From Balamuthia mandrillaris (taxonomy: Eukaryota): a DNA stretch of 64,000 nt. Below, piece by piece: positions 17,765 through 29,596 of this stretch; the first letter of the stretch is position 1; each line of letters begins with the position of its first letter. Location of the stretch: NCBI GenBank assembly GCA_031835245.2, contig JAVKOQ020000063.1, positions 124,001 through 188,000 of the forward strand. Direction: 5' to 3'. The notes under the pieces were generated by a model. That model was given only the letters and a program-made list of their open reading frames with translations. It was not told the DNA's origin and searched no databases. Made by a program: the position numbers and the translations under genes.

Positions 17765-17991
17765 ACCATTATAAATTCTGTCTCTTTTTTTTTTTTTCTT
17801 TTTCGTTCGTTTTCTCTCCTTATTCTAGTATAGTCATTTTCGTTGCTTGCTCCGACTCGGAAATATAAAACACGTCTTTTCGTTAACGAAACAAACAATT
17901 CGCAAGTTTGGAAAAGCTCTTTTTTTTCACCCTTACCGTTGCTGTGCACAAGAAGCCCACCACCTAAGTTAGAGAGAGGAAAGAGCAGACC

Positions 17992-19476
17992 ATGCGGTGC
18001 CTCTCCCTCTTGCTTCTGGTCCTGGTTCTGGCCCCCTCTTTGGCCGTGGCACAACTCACCCCGGAATTGAGGGAGGTTATGTTGGAGGAACACAACTGCG
18101 CAAGACGAAACAAAGGAGTTCCTGAACTGGTTTGGGACAACGGCTTGGCCAAAAGCGCGCAAGGTCAGTTGTGTCGCCTTCTATCTCCTTTGCCGTGTGG
18201 TTCTTACGAAATAGAAACAAAGACTGGGCCAACAGATGCACCACGGACCACTCCGGAATGGGAGAGAACCTGAGTTTCGCTTGCTGTAGTGTTAAAAACC
18301 CTCCCCAGTTCCTGAAGAGTGCCGTGAAGGGGTGGCTGGATGAGGGTAAATACTGGAACTGCAGAGATGACACGTGCTCCCCGGAAGAGGGATCCAGGTG
18401 TCTTCATTTCACGCAAGCCATGTGGGAAGAGTAAGCGTCTCAACTTCGGTTTACATCTGTTTGTTTGCTGTTCTTTGACTCTTGCTGCAACAGCACGACC
18501 AAGGTCGGGTGTGGGTGGAAGTCAGGGTGTTCCGGCAAGTGGAGCGATGTTGTCGTCTGCCAGTACAGCCCTGCTGGGAATTGGGTCAGAGAGAGACCTT
18601 TTCCAGGTAACCCGCTCCTTGCATTCGTCCTCCTATCGCATAGACCACTTACCCATCATAAAACCAAACAGCCGAGAAGTGCTCGAACAATTTCGGATGT
18701 GCTGGTGGAGGAGGAGGAGATGGCACTGCCGATGGAACAGTGGATGGCGAAGGTGATGGAGGAGACGGAACAGTGGATGGAGATGGAGATGGGGATGGCA
18801 CTGCCGATGGAACAGTGGATGGAGAAGGTGATGGAGGAGACGGAACTGAGGATGGAGATGGAGATGGGGGTGGGGATGGCGCTGCTGATGGGGAAGGTGA
18901 TGGAGGAGGAGAATCCAAAAGCTCGGACGGGGGTTCAGTGCTCTCTCTCTCTCTCTCTCTCTCTCTCGCGCTCTCTGTTTGGTACTGACAAAGGAAAGTA
19001 CAGGTAAAATAGCAGGCGCGGTAGTTGGAACCATCGGTGGTGTGTCACTACTCGGGTTAGGCGCCGGATTAGCCATCTTCTTCCACATGCGAAGACAGAA
19101 GCAAACCATGCGAAAGGGTTTGTCTGCAGACCTTCCGAAGTCCACCCTCCCAGCCACTTCATCCTTAGCTCCGGCCGCAGTTGCAATCTCCCCACGTTCG
19201 ACGGTTCCTTCTTCACCACCGTCCATGGCCCCTGCCCCTGTTTCCAAAGCGGCTGCTCCTCCACCTCCTCTTAGAATGGGACAAGGGCCTGGTTCCTCGT
19301 CAAGTGCCCAAGCCAGACCTCCACTATCACCAAGAAGCCCACCGCCACCTCCACAACGACCCGGTGTAACAACAACCTCAGCAACCATAACCCCTCCTGC
19401 AGGACAAGGAATCCCCCCAGCAAGACCAAAGCCATATCTGCCTCCCCCACCCGCACGCGGAGGAGCTCGCGGCTGA
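17992..19476 (+). CDS. CAP/SCP (PR-1-like) domain type I membrane protein with G/D-rich stalk and Pro-rich cytosolic tail
   Basis: Signal peptide; HNCAR…LVWD…LA…AQDWA, GENL, HFTQAMW…VGCG, VVCQYSPAGN; TM IAGAVVGTIGGVSLLGLGAGLAIFF; poly-Pro tail. Confidence 0.9.
18716..18910 (+). repeat. Coding tandem repeat, ~75-nt period (GDGTADGTVDGEGDGG…)
   Basis: gatggcactgccgatggaacagtggatgg recurs 75 nt apart. Confidence 0.85.
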
Positions 19477-19669
19477 GCCCCTCCAGAACATCTAGATGTG
19501 ATTCTTTTAAGTAGGTGGAGTAATAGTGAGGTTTTGAGAGGCGGAGTACGAATACACTTGAACTCCTACTGCCACTTATTTACTCAGCTTTCGCAGTTGC
19601 TGAGAAAGAAGAAGAACATGATGAAGAGGATGATCCTCCGTCTGTATTTGTTTCATCGGGCCTTGCAGA

Positions 19670-20082
19670 GACAAACCCAGTTTCAGCTTGTGCTCCAATC
19701 CCAACAGCCATACACACGTTACGAATATAACGATCAGTGCCTGCTGTGTCCCAATGGCAGAACAGTTTGGTGAAGCCACAATCCACCACGATGCGCCCTT
19801 CATGATCTTTGATGTCCGGATGTCGGCACAGAGCATGCAGGGGTGGTTGTAGGAGGAAGTGGCAAAGATCTTCAGATTCTCGCCTACGGGGTCTGGATAG
19901 CTGATGGTGAAACCCTCGAAGAGGTTGGTAATGCCCGATGGCAAGTGACAAGTGCCTTCCAAATTGTTGCCTCTTGTTCGCATCTCCAACTGACAGTGAT
20001 TTACTGCCCGAATCGTGTCCTTTGTTACAGATGCAGCAATAGGTCAGTGAAAAGGAAAACGAAGAAGGAAGGCAGAAAGAAG

Positions 20083-20131
<49 letters not shown>

Positions 20132-20759
20132 ATGGAAGAGATGGGAAGAGATGGGAAGAAATTGTACCCGTAATAACAGTGCCAGGCGAAAGCTTCTTTA
20201 GGACTTCATTAGCAAAGGTAGCAAAGTAAGGGTCTTCTCCGCCCAAACGGTCAGACCTCTACCGGACTGATGATGGCGCCAACAGGCCTCCGCCACCGCA
20301 GGAGTATGTTCCGATACGGTGCGTGTGCTCATGAAGAAGGCAGGTTCTTTGCAAAGCCCTCTTCGCCGGTCGTCACATAAACTCGGAAGCCCTTTGTGTT
20401 GTTATAGACAGTAAGCATTCGAACGAGAACATCACAAGCAGAACAGAAGAAGAAGTAGAAAAAGAAAAAGAAAAAGAAACCGTTGCTACTGCTTGTTCAA
20501 AAGTCTTACCTTCTCGCCCATTGCCTTTCCAGCATCCTTCATGAAAGTTCTCTGTTGAAAGAAAAGCCACGCGTCAGCAAATGTTGGGTACGGGCGCAAT
20601 AACAACGGGAACAAGAAAGAACCTCGCTGAGGTGCTCAGGACAAAATAGACCAACAAGCACCGAGAACAGGCCATGGCTCCTTCACGGCCAAGATCGTAC
20701 TCTCTTCCTTGCGGGTTGGAGAAGCTGTCCCTTGGAGCAGCGTGGATCTGGTCATGCAT
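19670..20759 (-). pseudogene. Frameshifted, intron-containing pseudogene of a protist conserved-domain protein
   Basis: Collinear fragments RDSFSNPQGREYDLGREGA / GKAMGEK-GFRV / GRGLTVW…DPY…FANEVL / SGITNLFEGFTISYP / GRIVVDCGFTKLFCHWDTAGTDRYIRNVC / WLLGLEH need frame changes near 20668, 20330, 20235, 19822 and 19711. Confidence 0.7.
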
Positions 20760-21360
20760 ACCGGCATAGTTGGTATAAAAGGAGCCTTTGGACTTTGCGG
20801 TTACTCCTGAAGAGCTGGAGGCTGTGTTGAGGCACCTCGGGTTCAGGGTGGAACCTGTCGCCTTACGTTGAGAACTGGGAAAAGTTCAACTCCAACACTG
20901 GATGGGTGTCGGATGACGACCTGCCTTGGCATCGGGTCATGCAGGCGCTTATCATTTTCTCATATCATGCCTCTGGAGCCCAGTTTGTGCTGTGTGGATT
21001 CTCCATCCAAGTTATTGTGTAGGACCACGTCATAATATCGAGGACAAGAAGACATGGTAACTTTTCTTGTTCAATATCGCTTTTTCGTGTCTTCCATGTT
21101 GCATGTCCTCTCTTTCTCTCTCGCCACTCTCTCTTTCTGATTCGCTCTGTCAACATGTTTCTCATTCCGCTTATGTTTCTGTTTGTTAACCAATTGGCCT
21201 GTTCTTTCTTCAGCACCCACCTGCTGCAACGAGTTCTGTCGGTCCTCCTGGGCAACCCCCGTCGACCAAAACTCCTGCTACAAGCCTGAAAAGGGGACCA
21301 CGATGGAGTACGTTCCTACTCGCCGTTCGCGGCCAGCTGCATCAAGGATGTATCGGTATG
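20760..21360 (+). pseudogene. Possible second decayed gene fragment
   Basis: Coding-like GC content, short peptides (VTPEELEAVLRHLGFRVE; YVENWEKFNSNTGWV) broken by stops, and one well-formed GT..CAG intron at ~21057-21213. Confidence 0.4.
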
Positions 21361-21578
21361 GACAAAATTTTTCTTGTGAGCAAATCTGATTTCTCCTTTT
21401 TAATGACCATTTCGTCGACAAAAAGTCCTTTTATGGACAAAGTTTTACTAAAAATGGTTAATTTTGTTGAAACGACATGTGCCTCTTCAAAAAAAATAAT
21501 TTTTGTTCTGCTTAAGAAATTGAAGAACGACAGAAAAGGGGTGCAAAGCGGAAAACAGAACAGATGTTAGGGGAAAGG

Positions 21579-22812
21579 ATGAAGTATATCTTGCTCGCGG
21601 TGGTTGTGTTGGGAGCGGTGTTGGTGGAGGGGTTACTCACGAGTGAGGAACAGGAAGCGATTCTGAAGGGTCACAATTGCGCACGGCGGGATAAAGGCGT
21701 GCCTGATCTTGTATGGGACGCATCGCTGGCCCTTAGCGCACAAGGTCTGTTTTTAACCTCCGTATTTCCAAACCAGCTGACACTTTGATTTTTGTATGGT
21801 TCTGGACTACAAACCAGAATGGGCGGACCAGTGCATATACAATCATTCTTCTGCTTTGGAGAACAACATCGGAGAAAATTTGTACCTCATCTACACCAAC
21901 ATTCCTTGGTCGAGCACGAAACAACTTCTGCAAGAAGCTGTGCAAAGTTGGTTAGAGGAAGAAGAGTATTGGAATTGTGAGGAAAACAAATGCCAAGAAG
22001 ACACTGAACTCTTCGACTGTGTTCCATACACCACAGTGATGTGGCATAAGTAAGTATTGTCGTTTCTTTTTTCCTTTATTGTTGTTCCGCTTCGTCATTA
22101 TTTTCTGAGCTAACGTTTCGTTCTTGTCTTTCCTTATGGTTCCTTTCTTTCTTTAGAACGACTCAGGTCGGATGCGGGTACAAACAACAGTGTCCTGATT
22201 ATGTGGGTGACGTTGTGGTATGTCACTACAACCCACCAGCAACACACGCAACATCAGACCGTCCTTTCCTTGGTGAGAAACCCAATGCCGTTCTGGCATC
22301 TTTTTGTTTGTCTTTAAACACTAACTCAACCAACCAAAAATCAGTCGATAACTGTTCATTAAAGTTGGGATGTGATAATGCAGCGGCTCCCACTGAAATT
22401 GGAGATGACAGTGACAATGGGGATGACGGTGACGACGGGGTTGACGGTGACGATGGAGATGACGGTGGCGATGGGGTTGGTGGTGACGATGGAGTTGGCA
22501 GTGATGATAGCGAAGATAGTGAAGACAATGATGAAGAAACCAAAGAAGAGAGCTCTGACTCTGGTTTAAGTACAATTCTTTCTTTCCTTCTTTTCTTGCT
22601 ATTCATTCGTGCTATTAAAACCGCAAACCGCACACAAAACAGGTGGAGGAGCCATAGCCGGAGCAGTGATTGGCTCTCTAGGCGGCGTCGCGCTGATCGG
22701 CGGGGCCGTCGCCTTGGCCATGTGGAGAACCAAGTATGCCAAGAAGCAACACGTGAGGAGGGAGATGATAGTGGACATTTCTATTCCTCCCAACCTGCAC
22801 GATCAACTATAA
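21579..22812 (+). CDS. Second CAP/SCP-domain type I membrane protein (tandem paralogue)
   Basis: Signal peptide; HNCARRDKGVPDLVWD, GENL, VGCG, VVCHYNP; D/G-rich stalk; TM AIAGAVIGSLGGVALIGGAVALAMW. Intron positions match the 17992 gene. Confidence 0.88.
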
Positions 22813-23107
22813 ATGCTTCAGCGTTGGAAGAACAAGAGAGAGCGTGTTGTTTCCATTTTGTTTTGAGGAAGGAATGTTGTCGACAAAAATGAAATTTCGA
22901 AGAAAAGAAAGGGAAAGTCGAGAACGAAACTGAACGAAAACAAAAGAACGAAGAACAAAAAAAAGTTTTATGTTTTTGTTTTGACACGAAGCCCGCCACA
23001 CAACAAGAAGAAAAGAAAAAAAAAAGGTTTCCCTCTTTCTCTCCTTGTTGTGGGTGGCTTTTTCTCTAGCGCTAGAGAAAAAAAAAACAGAATAATTTTT
23101 GGTGGTA

Positions 23108-25262
23108 ATGTTGCAGCCGCAAGGGACAGGGCCTTCTTTCGACGAACAAGAAGAAGACACGCAACAACAATGGCCTTTTTCTGCCACCGACAACGCTGAA
23201 CCAACGGAAGAGGAACCCTCCTCTGCCTCTTCTGACCCAGAACAACAACAGCTGGAGCAAGAACGACAACGCCTCTTGCCTCGCGCCTCCTCCAGCCTCA
23301 ACCACTTTGGGTCCCTCACCACTTCTTCCTTTCCACTCACGCATCACCCCGCTGCAGGAACTCCGCCACCACGTCAGCCCATCACCAATCACAGCACGAC
23401 TTTACACTCCGACAAACCGGACCCTCAACGCTTCAACATAAGCCGCCTGTTGGGATTGGACCGATGGTGGCCCTGGTTCTGGCTCTTCGTGTGGCTGGTG
23501 CCCAACGCCTTCGTAGCTTTGGTCTACGGGGTGATCCCCTTGGGGCACGCCGACCGGCCGGTCTTCTCCAGGCATGGCGCTTGGGAGACGGTCGTGCTCA
23601 TTAACCCCGTGGTCATGAGCATCATTGGCTATCTCACGGTGACGGCCTACTATGAATGCATAGCCAGGGAGAGGCCGTTTAGGGTCAGGTCGATGGTGGT
23701 GGCGGCGGTCTGGGCGGTGCAGCTGTTGGTGTTGGTCCCGTTGGTGCATACATACGGCTACTTTCGGTTCTTGGGGTTGGCTTCGCTGTGCCTTTGTTAT
23801 AGCACAACTTTCTTTGGTTTGTTTATTATACCTCTTTGTTTGTTCTCCACCCGTCTGGTTGCTCTTCTCTCTCCTTGTTCTTCTCACTTCCAATTCTATT
23901 GCAAAAGGGTTGTGGGTAATGGAACGCATAATCTCTGATAAGTCGGTGCACGGCATGGTACGATTCTTCGTGGTGAAGATGGTCATACTGCTCAACTTTG
24001 TGATATTGGCGTGCTATGTGTTGGCCTTCCGGGAAGTCTCCGCCGATATCCAACCGGTTCTCACAGCAACATTGGCCATTCTTCCCTTCATCCTTCGCAA
24101 AGTGTTGCTCAGCTTAACCGAACCATTTCCCATTGAGATAGCGATGCTTATCTCTGGTTTTTGGATTAACAACATGAATGATATGGTTTGTTTATCTCTC
24201 CTACATTTCGTCTGCTTCGTCTTCCTCTTCTTCTTTTACTTCTTCTTGTTCTTCGTTTCTTCTTTGTCTTCTTCTTCTTCATCATCATGTTTTTCATTAT
24301 CTTCTTCTTCTTCTTCTTCTTCTTCTTCTTCTTCTTCTTCTTCTTCTTCTTCTTCTTCTTCTTCTTCTTCTTCTTCTTCTTCTTCTTCTTCTTCTTCTGC
24401 TTCTTCTTCTTCTGCTTCTTCTTCTTCAGTTACTACTCTTGTTCTCTATGCTAATCAAGTTCGGTCATTTCCAAAGTTTCAAACGTTAGCCTACCCGAGC
24501 GTAAAGTCTCCAATCAACTATTTTTATATATGGCTTTTACAGTTCTTCACTGACGTAGCGAACCTGTCCTTTCTCACGAACCCGTATGTCTTCTCCGTTT
24601 TATCCGTTTTCTAAAGTTACCTAACCCTATGTGGACAAAAGTTGGTTTAAGTTTCGAACATGGATAAAGGCCATTGTTACGCTTAAATGGCTTCGATCTG
24701 GTCCTCTTCCAAAACCAAACTATGAAGACCATCCGAACGACCGAGGCCAAACTAATAATCACCCTGGTAGCCCATCTCTCTATCATTCGTTTCCGTTATT
24801 CCCTTTTTCTGTCTAAGAGGTTAAACCAAAGGTTATCGAAGAAGACAAGCACGTTTCTATGGGTGGCGACTATTCAGTCAAATAGCAGCACTTCTCTTTT
24901 ACACGACCACCAGCAGCATCCTTCGTTACGGCCACAACAAAGCCTACTTCATCTTTTCCGAGGAACCTTTCCTCAGCGGGCATCACAGGGGCGAGACGGA
25001 CACTATGACTCGGACTCAGTACCTCAACAGCCTTCTCTTTGTGGCTTGTTATCTGTTTGTGACGTGTTTGGCTGGCATCGCTGGTTGGCTGCTCCTTAAG
25101 CACAGGTACAAAACGACCTGGGAAGAATTGCGGCCACGTTATTCAATGCTGTTGAGGAACAGGACCTATTTGGGCTTCGTTATGGCCATCATTTGCTACA
25201 ACGGACTTATAGCCATCGGAATGTTACAGTACCATCAACGCATTTGGTGGGCAAATTTGTAA
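23108..25262 (+). CDS. Multi-pass membrane protein of unknown function
   Basis: Acidic N-terminus followed by many hydrophobic segments across several exons with GT..AG junctions; ends QYHQRIWWANL*. Confidence 0.75.
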
Positions 25263-25285
25263 ACACAAAAAATTCAGTTATGTAT

Positions 25286-26799
25286 TCATTGGCAGAATAA
25301 GAAGAAGGTATAGCAAAGTAAGAAGGAGAGGGAGAGAAAGCCAGAAAGAAAGAGAAGAAAGAAAAGCAATCCCTTTTGTCGTTGCTCTTTGGGAAGAGTA
25401 TTTGTTTGCTTCTGTTCTTGCTCTTGCATGCTTCTTGCTCTTCTTCGTTGAGTCAAGCTGTTGTTGGTGTCAGATGAGAGAGGTCGACTGGAGCGTGAAA
25501 AGCTTTGCTTCTTCTTGTTCGAAGAAGCGTTTCGTCTTTGTGGACGAAAAGCTTTTTCCACATCTTTATGCAATTGAGCTAACTTTGCTTTCAGCTGTGC
25601 ATTTTCCAGTTTCAACTGTTCCGTTTCATTCATGCTCTGAAACAGCACTTTGTTTGTAATGCCTAAAGTAAAGAATAATATATATGAAAAAATCTTACCT
25701 TGAATAAGCCCTCCTTTTGATTTAACACCGTCGAACTTCTGTTGAGAGACAAACAAAACGCCAGAGATATGAGAACCAGAAGAAAAACAAAAAACAAGCT
25801 GACAAACCTTTCGACCATTGGCTGTACAAACATCGATTGAGAGACGAAAGCATACCGATGTTGGTCAGAAGAAGATGCAAGTTCTTGTTTGCTGGAAGTT
25901 CCGTTGCTGTGTCCACTCAGGCTGCGAGACCTTGGCTTTGTTCTTAGTTCTGTTCTTGTTCCTTCTAGTTCTTCCTTTTCAGCGAGCAGCTCGTCTTTAG
26001 CATCGACCGATGTTGTTTCCTCCTCTCCACCTTGGATATCTTGTTCTTCAAATTCTTCCATTTCTCCTTCTTCTCCTAATATTTCCTCGGTTTCAGACTT
26101 CACAATGACGAATGAGTCAGCAACGTTATCAGGATGTAGAGCTCCTTCTCTGTCTGTTTTCTCGCTGAACGGTCCCTCCGGCTCTTCCATCTCGCAAGAA
26201 GAATAGATGGAAGATGAGGATGAGGTACAAGAAGAAGAAAGCACATCGTTGACGGAGAGACCAGGCCAATCCAACAAAGAGGAAGCGGAAGCAGAGGAAG
26301 AGGGCGTAGACTCTGATAATACGCTGTACAAGTCCGAAGAGGACGTTACTGCCGCCGCCCGTACCGGACGTCTTTGACATGGGTTCTCTTGCAAGGAGAT
26401 GGCGCGTTGCCTCCTTTTTCTTTCGTTCTTGTTCTTTTTCTTTTGGCTCCGCTCAAACATTTGCAGCCGCTCTGCTTTGAGGTACGCCAAGATCTCCTCC
26501 GACCTTTGCTTGTGCGTCTCTGCCAACAACCGAAGAGAAAGGGCACTCTGCTCGTCCAGCACCGCGTTCGCGGACATCAGGAACAGATCGGACGCCACCG
26601 CAAACTTGCTCGCTGCCAAGACATAGTCTTCATTGGCGACCGCCGCTTCTGCAGCGCTCACAGACTCTTGTGCCTATTTTTATTTTATTTTATTTTTTTG
26701 CGTGTGAGAAAAGTTCACTTTTTTTTTTGTTCTGAACAAGCCGAGCGTTACCTGTACAACAAGAGAGCGTTCGTTCTCCCTGTCTCGAGCGAGCAGCAT
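25286..26799 (-). CDS. MIT-domain + coiled-coil protein, Atg38/NRBF2-like
   Basis: Spliced N-terminus SLVVQAQESVSAAEAAVANEDYVLAASKFAVASDLF…DEQSALSLRLLAETHKQR resembles the NRBF2 MIT (SEQAHLSLELQRDSH). Acidic linker contains DSFVIV; coiled coil ETEQLKLENAQLKAKL. Confidence 0.6.
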
Positions 26800-27045
26800 G
26801 CTTTTTTTTTTGTCTGCTCTTCTCCCTCTTCGACACAGAATCTTTTTGTACGTTTCCTTCCTCTGTCGCGAAACTTCGTTCCTCCGCTGCGAAGTTTCTG
26901 TCGACGAAATCATTACTTCATGACGTCCTTGAAATTTCTTATATTCGTGTCGTCATGGTATATGGTATTCGTGTCGTCCTGTGTTTTATTATCACGACGA
27001 CATGATTGAGATGTTTTTTTTTGTTCGGGCTGAACAAGTAAGCTT

Positions 27046-28429
27046 TTAGTTTTCTGTGTGTTGTGCGTAGAATGTGGCAATGGCCCGCGCGAGTCCATCG
27101 GTAACCTTCTCCATCTCCTCCTCGCTCTTCCGAAACTCATAGCCCATTTCCAACTGTATAGCAGCATCCAATCCTTTCTCCGCTTCTTCCTCTTCGTTCT
27201 TCTCACCATCGCGTCCACAGCATGAAGAAGAGCACTCACAACCGCTGTAATACCGAACGGTCCATCCTCCGTTAAACTCTGGGTGCTCCGCCTCTTCTAA
27301 TTGCGAACAAGCAGGGAACAGCTTGAAGCCCTGACTCTCCATTTGGCCTAGAATGGAGAGAGGGCCGGTAAATGCAGTCTCCCCTAACCTAGACAAAAGA
27401 CGTTGCACCGTCTTGCGGTTCTTCGTGCCGCGAAGGATGGCATCTCTTACAGCGCTTTGGCCATGGATGTCCAGAAGGAGGCGTGGAAGGGTCTTGCTTT
27501 GTGTTTTCGAAAGGACTTCATCCACGTATTTTGCAATGATGCCTGAAGTAAATGAATGTTAGAAGAGGCAGAAGAAGAAGAAGAAGAAGAAGAAGAAGAA
27601 GAAGAAGAAGAAGAAGAAGAAGAACAAGAAGAAGAACAAGAACAAGAACAAGAACAAGAACAAGAAGGTTTCTCAAGAAACAAAAACAATCAAAGAAGTC
27701 TAGAATAAGAGAAAAATAAATACAAACCATGATACGAAGCATAGTAAGGAACGGCGGAGCTGTCCTCCAGCGCGTTCTCCTGGTTCCTGTTGAGATCACA
27801 GTACTTGCGATGGGCATGCGCTATCACCACATAGGGAATACAATCTTCCTTCTTCCATCCACGTTCTATTCCAACAAGAAAAAAAAAAGAAAATAAAATA
27901 AAAAAAAAGAAAAGAAAAGAAAAAAGAAAAAGAAAAAGAAATAAAAGAAAAAGAAAAAGAAAAGAAAAAAATAAAAGAAATGAAAAACAGAAAAAAAAAG
28001 AAAAAAAAGAAAAAAAAGAAAAGAAATGAAAAAAAGAAAAAAAGAATTAATAAAAGAAAGAAAAAAAAACAAAAAAACAATCAAAAAGCTACCAGGTTGA
28101 GCCTTTTGCAGAGCCTCACAGAGAGCACCCGGCACCTTGTGCATCAGCATGGTGGTCAACACGTCCAGCTTGTCGTCCTGCACCTTGCAGCCCCTCTCCC
28201 TCTCCTTGCAGCAGCCGTTCAGGGGCTCCCTGCCGCCATGCGGGGCCGTCAGGATCAAGGGAAAGGTCCCGCGCTGGGCAAAGATCTGGGCGGAGTCGGC
28301 GTGGAGGCCGTTGGCTTGGAACTCGTTCAAGGCCAAGGGACAGAGGCACACGGTGGCGCCGCACTCCTTGCCGACGCAACAGCAGCAGGCCAATGCTTGG
28401 CTGCTGCAACAGCTCTCCACCTCTTCCAT
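27046..28429 (-). CDS. N-formylglutamate amidohydrolase-like Zn-hydrolase (3 exons)
   Basis: Motifs PLILTAPHGG, HRKYCDLNR, YH, LLLDIHGQ, GGWTV and AIQLE occur in the expected order. Confidence 0.8.
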
Positions 28430-28986
28430 TACTTGCAATAATTATTTTTTTTTGGACCGAAAAGAAATGGCAAGGGAAAAAAGGGCAGCAAAAATGTCCC
28501 TGCGTATCCCTGATAGATTTAGCGGGGAAAATTAGTGTCGACAAGGACCACTGCCAAACCAAACCATTGCGCGTCAGTAATTTGGAGAGTAGCAACAAAG
28601 CTCAGTTGCTGGTCAACTGGAGCACGATTCAATAAAATTGTCGACAATACAAAAGCTAATATCAATGACTGCTCATCTAATATGTAAGTTAGCTATTATG
28701 TATAAATAGAGTCGACAATAAAAAATTTCGTGTCGACACATTTCTATAATTTTTGTAGACACATTCTTCTTGTTCTTCTTGTTGTTGTTGTTGTTCTTCT
28801 TCTTCTTCTTGTTCTTCTTCTCCTCCTCCTCTCTTCTTCTTCTTCTTCTTCTTCTTCTTCTTCTTCTTCTTCTTCTTCTTCTTCTTCTTCTTCTTCTTCT
28901 TCTTCTTCTTCTTCTTCTTCTTCTTCTTTGTTGTTGTTGTTGTTGTTGTTTGTTGCTTCTTCTCATACGAAACAAAGGGGGATGGT

Positions 28987-29361
28987 ATGGTTACTGCTCA
29001 GGAAGATGCTGTGGTGATTGCCTACGTTCAGTGGGATGGCAACCCGTCCATTGAGGTGCCCGTCCTTTCCTGTCGTGCCAACAACCAGAGCGACTCCATT
29101 TGGGTTCACATCAACCACGACTTCTTGTACCGCCCCCTCGGGGGAGAGCTGAATGACCTCCAAAAGAAAGTGCTGGAGAATGCCATTCGTTTCGTGGCGG
29201 AGGGAGAGTGCACTCCACAGGAAAACGCTTCTGATTCCTCTGCCTCCAGCTTGGAAGACAGCAGCAGCAGTTCCTCCTCTTCCTCCTCTTCCTCCTCTTC
29301 CCCCTCGGATGGCTCAAGTCAAGAGAGTTCGGCTTCCACGTGGCAGGCCTTTTGGATATAA
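28987..29361 (+). CDS. Short ORF or orphan terminal exon, unknown protein with Ser-rich tail
   Basis: Coding-like 124-aa ORF preceded by an acceptor-like aacaaag and a microsatellite tract; no upstream exon found. Confidence 0.45.
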   Translation: MVTAQEDAVVIAYVQWDGNPSIEVPVLSCRANNQSDSIWVHINHDFLYRPLGGELNDLQKKVLENAIRFVAEGECTPQENASDSSASSLEDSSSSSSSSSSSSSSPSDGSSQESSASTWQAFWI

Positions 29362-29442
29362 TAATCAAAACACTCTCTGAACGAGAGAACACGAAAACCC
29401 ATTTGCCACGTAGCAACGATAACTATGGTGGTGAGAGTGAGG

Positions 29443-29544
<102 letters not shown>

Positions 29545-29596
29545 GGTGCCAATTGTAGTAGTTCTTGGGTTAAACACAAACATAGAGTGGTGGAGT

